Part shown: one piece after another, positions 62,054 to 64,000 of the stretch
How positions within the stretch are numbered: the first letter of the stretch is position 1
How the letters are laid out: each line of letters opens with the position of its first letter
Assembly (NCBI GenBank): GCA_964464605.1
Contig: CAYXJN010000001.1
Span: forward strand, 317,068 to 381,067
Source: an uncultured Ignavibacteriales bacterium
GTDB taxonomy: Bacteria; Zixibacteria; MSB-5A5; GN15; FEB-12
Reading direction: 5' to 3'
DNA length: 64,000 nt
Made by a program: the position numbers and the translations under genes
The notes under the pieces: generated by a model
What the model was told of the DNA's origin: nothing
The model's input: only the letters and a program-made list of their open reading frames with translations
Databases searched by the model: none

Positions 62054-62268
62054 ACTTCACTCTCTTATGTTAGCAGTTTGTTCTCGTTATTAAGGCAGCA
62101 AGACCGCCCGATTCAACCGTTTTCAGCCCCAAAAAGAGCGGTCTTACTGTCTGTCTAATTATCGAACTTTGAGAGGGAAATCTTTATCGGAATCTCGATT
62201 TGGAAGGAATGAGAATAACCCCAAAAACAAAAGTGCCGACGGCACCCGTTTCGATTTGAAACAGAGGA

Positions 62269-62994
62269 TTATTCGGAGGATTCTTCAGGCTCAATTTCGA
62301 CATTCCCTGTGCGGGAACCGAATATAGCCGAGCCAATCCGTAAAAGCGTGGCGCCCTCGGCGATAGCGAGTTCAAAATCGTCGCTCATTCCCATCGAGAG
62401 CGCTTCAAAATGTTCATCCGTGAGCTTTTTTGCCTCTTCGAACAGATTATGACAAAGGCGAAAGGCTTCGCGGACATCGTTTTCATCCTCACTAAGCGGG
62501 CCGATAGTCATGAGTCCGGTGAGGGTGATATTCGGCAGGACGGCGACTGCTTCCACCAGGTGAAGTGTATCATCCGGCGCGACACCATGTTTTTGTGATT
62601 CGCCGGAGCAGTTCACTTCGATCAGGCATTCGATTTCTTTATTTAATTCGACTGCGTGGCGGCTGATTTCCTGTGCAAGTTTGTGTGAGTCGATTGACTG
62701 GATAACATCGAATAACTGCACCGCTTTTTTTGCCTTGTTGCTTTGTAAATGGCCGATCATGTGGAGCTTTGAAGTGCCGGGTTCCAAAAGCGCGAACTTC
62801 TTTTCTGCTTCCTGCACTTTGCTTTCACCTATGTTATGAATTCCGGCGGCAACAGCCATTTTAATTGCCGATACCGGGTGTGACTTGGTAACGGCGACAA
62901 TACTGATATCGTCGACCCGGCGTTCGTATTCGTTGCAGGCATTCGCAATTCGACCACGAACATCGATGATGCTTTTTGAAATATCTGATTTCAT
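62269..62994 (-). CDS. yggS: PLP homeostasis protein YggS
   Basis: VAVTK, HMIGHLQSNK, GLMTIG and LSMGMSDDF..RIGSAIFG motifs. Confidence 0.95.
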   Translation of the reverse strand: MKSDISKSIIDVRGRIANACNEYERRVDDISIVAVTKSHPVSAIKMAVAAGIHNIGESKVQEAEKKFALLEPGTSKLHMIGHLQSNKAKKAVQLFDVIQSIDSHKLAQEISRHAVELNKEIECLIEVNCSGESQKHGVAPDDTLHLVEAVAVLPNITLTGLMTIGPLSEDENDVREAFRLCHNLFEEAKKLTDEHFEALSMGMSDDFELAIAEGATLLRIGSAIFGSRTGNVEIEPEESSE

Positions 62995-63117
62995 GATGTT
63001 CCAGTATCTTTGTATCTATCGGCAGAATCAAGCCTAATTTACTACGATTGCGTCACAAACGAATTTCCGCTTCAGCTTTAACTTGTTATACGCCACAGAG
63101 TCATTAATATTTGCGGC

Positions 63118-64000
63118 ATGAAAACCAAACCGGCTGCGATGCTTTCCTGGATCGAGCTTTCCGCTTCAGCGCTTGAGCAAAATATCCGTTCACTTTCCAA
63201 ATTGGTAAAAGGAAGGCCGATTGCGGCATCAGTCAAATCAAACGCGTATGGTCACGGCATCTCGCAGGTAGCGACGCTGCTTTTACCGCTTAGAGAAGTC
63301 TGGTATCTGAGTGTGCATTCTGTTGAAGAAGCACGGCAGTGCCGGTTCGCCGGATGGAACCGCGCGATCATGCTGCTGGGGCCAGCGGCACCGAGTGAAG
63401 TTGATGCGATTATCGAATATGATTTGGAACCGACGATTTTTGATATCGAAACCCTCGACGCGCTTGGCAAACTGAGTAAAAAACACAAACGTGCAATCAA
63501 GACGCATTTGAAACTGGAAACGGGAACGAACCGTCAGGGAATTACCGCTAAAGAAATTCCTGCGTTTGTAAAGTTGTATAAAAAGTACGCTTCGCTCGGT
63601 GGTATTTATGGTGCGAGTACGCATTTTGCGAATATCGAAGATACAACTAATCATGCCTACGCCGAGCATCAGCTGGATCAATTCAAAACACTCGTGAACC
63701 AACTCAAAAAAAATGGATGCAGCCCTAAGTTGTTGCATACAGCTTCGTCAGCAGCAGCTATTTTGTTTGAGAAAACGCGGTTTGATTTAGTCCGCCCGGG
63801 AATTTCTGTTTATGGGCACTGGCCGTCGAAGGAAACGTATTTGTCGCATAAGCTGATGGGCGGAAACAATAATCTGTTTACGCCGCTGTTGACATGGAAA
63901 ACACGGATAACGCAGTTGAAAAATGTTCCGGCGGGTGAATTCGTTTCTTATGGGTGTACTTATCGCACTACTACAAAAACAAAATTGGCGGTGTTGCCGA
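63118..64000 (+). CDS. alr: alanine racemase (3' truncated; not in the ORF track)
   Basis: Hand translation SWIELS...VKSNAYGHG (PLP Lys), HLKLETGTNRQG, STHFA, VRPGISVYG and VSYG. Confidence 0.93.
   Translation, partial: MKTKPAAMLSWIELSASALEQNIRSLSKLVKGRPIAASVKSNAYGHGISQVATLLLPLREVWYLSVHSVEEARQCRFAGWNRAIMLLGPAAPSEVDAIIEYDLEPTIFDIETLDALGKLSKKHKRAIKTHLKLETGTNRQGITAKEIPAFVKLYKKYASLGGIYGASTHFANIEDTTNHAYAEHQLDQFKTLVNQLKKNGCSPKLLHTASSAAAILFEKTRFDLVRPGISVYGHWPSKETYLSHKLMGGNNNLFTPLLTWKTRITQLKNVPAGEFVSYGCTYRTTTKTKLAVLP

Noticed and set aside
63252..63738. Minus-strand ORFs at the right edge
   Set aside because: They are antisense to alr, which the track missed because it runs off the end of the window.

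Overview
A 64 kb bacterial chromosome segment, mostly housekeeping and close to the partitioning centre. It contains rpmH-rnpA-yidD-yidC-mnmE-mnmG-rsmG-parA-parB-M23-bactofilin with three parS sites but no dnaA; ffh-rpsP-khpA-rimM-trmD-rplS-(rsmD)-rnhB-yraN; mntR-mntH-usp; moxR/DUF58; rsmB; comM; hutU-hutI; tRNA-Arg(UCG); selD-sod; punA; divIVA; yggS; and partial ilvC and alr at the edges. Gene content (PorV-like, LptE, HEAT-cyclophilin, DUF4416) suggests a diderm FCB-group or Zixibacteria-like organism; this is inference only. I saw no CRISPR array, integrase or transposase. The most notable observations are: (1) a two-gene cassette with its own promoter, pairing a membrane-anchored CxxC thioredoxin-fold protein with a secreted 55-aa, 10-cysteine peptide; (2) a candidate ~80-nt sRNA with a sigma70-like promoter, a C-rich loop and a U-tail; (3) mnmE, whose apparent start codon is out of frame across an A9 run (Lys-Lys-Lys); (4) an SPT plus ceramide-synthase-like GNAT pair; (5) two apparent pseudoenzymes, a radical SAM protein lacking CxxxCxxC and an M1 peptidase lacking its Zn ligands. 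All calls come from motif reading by eye; no searches were run.
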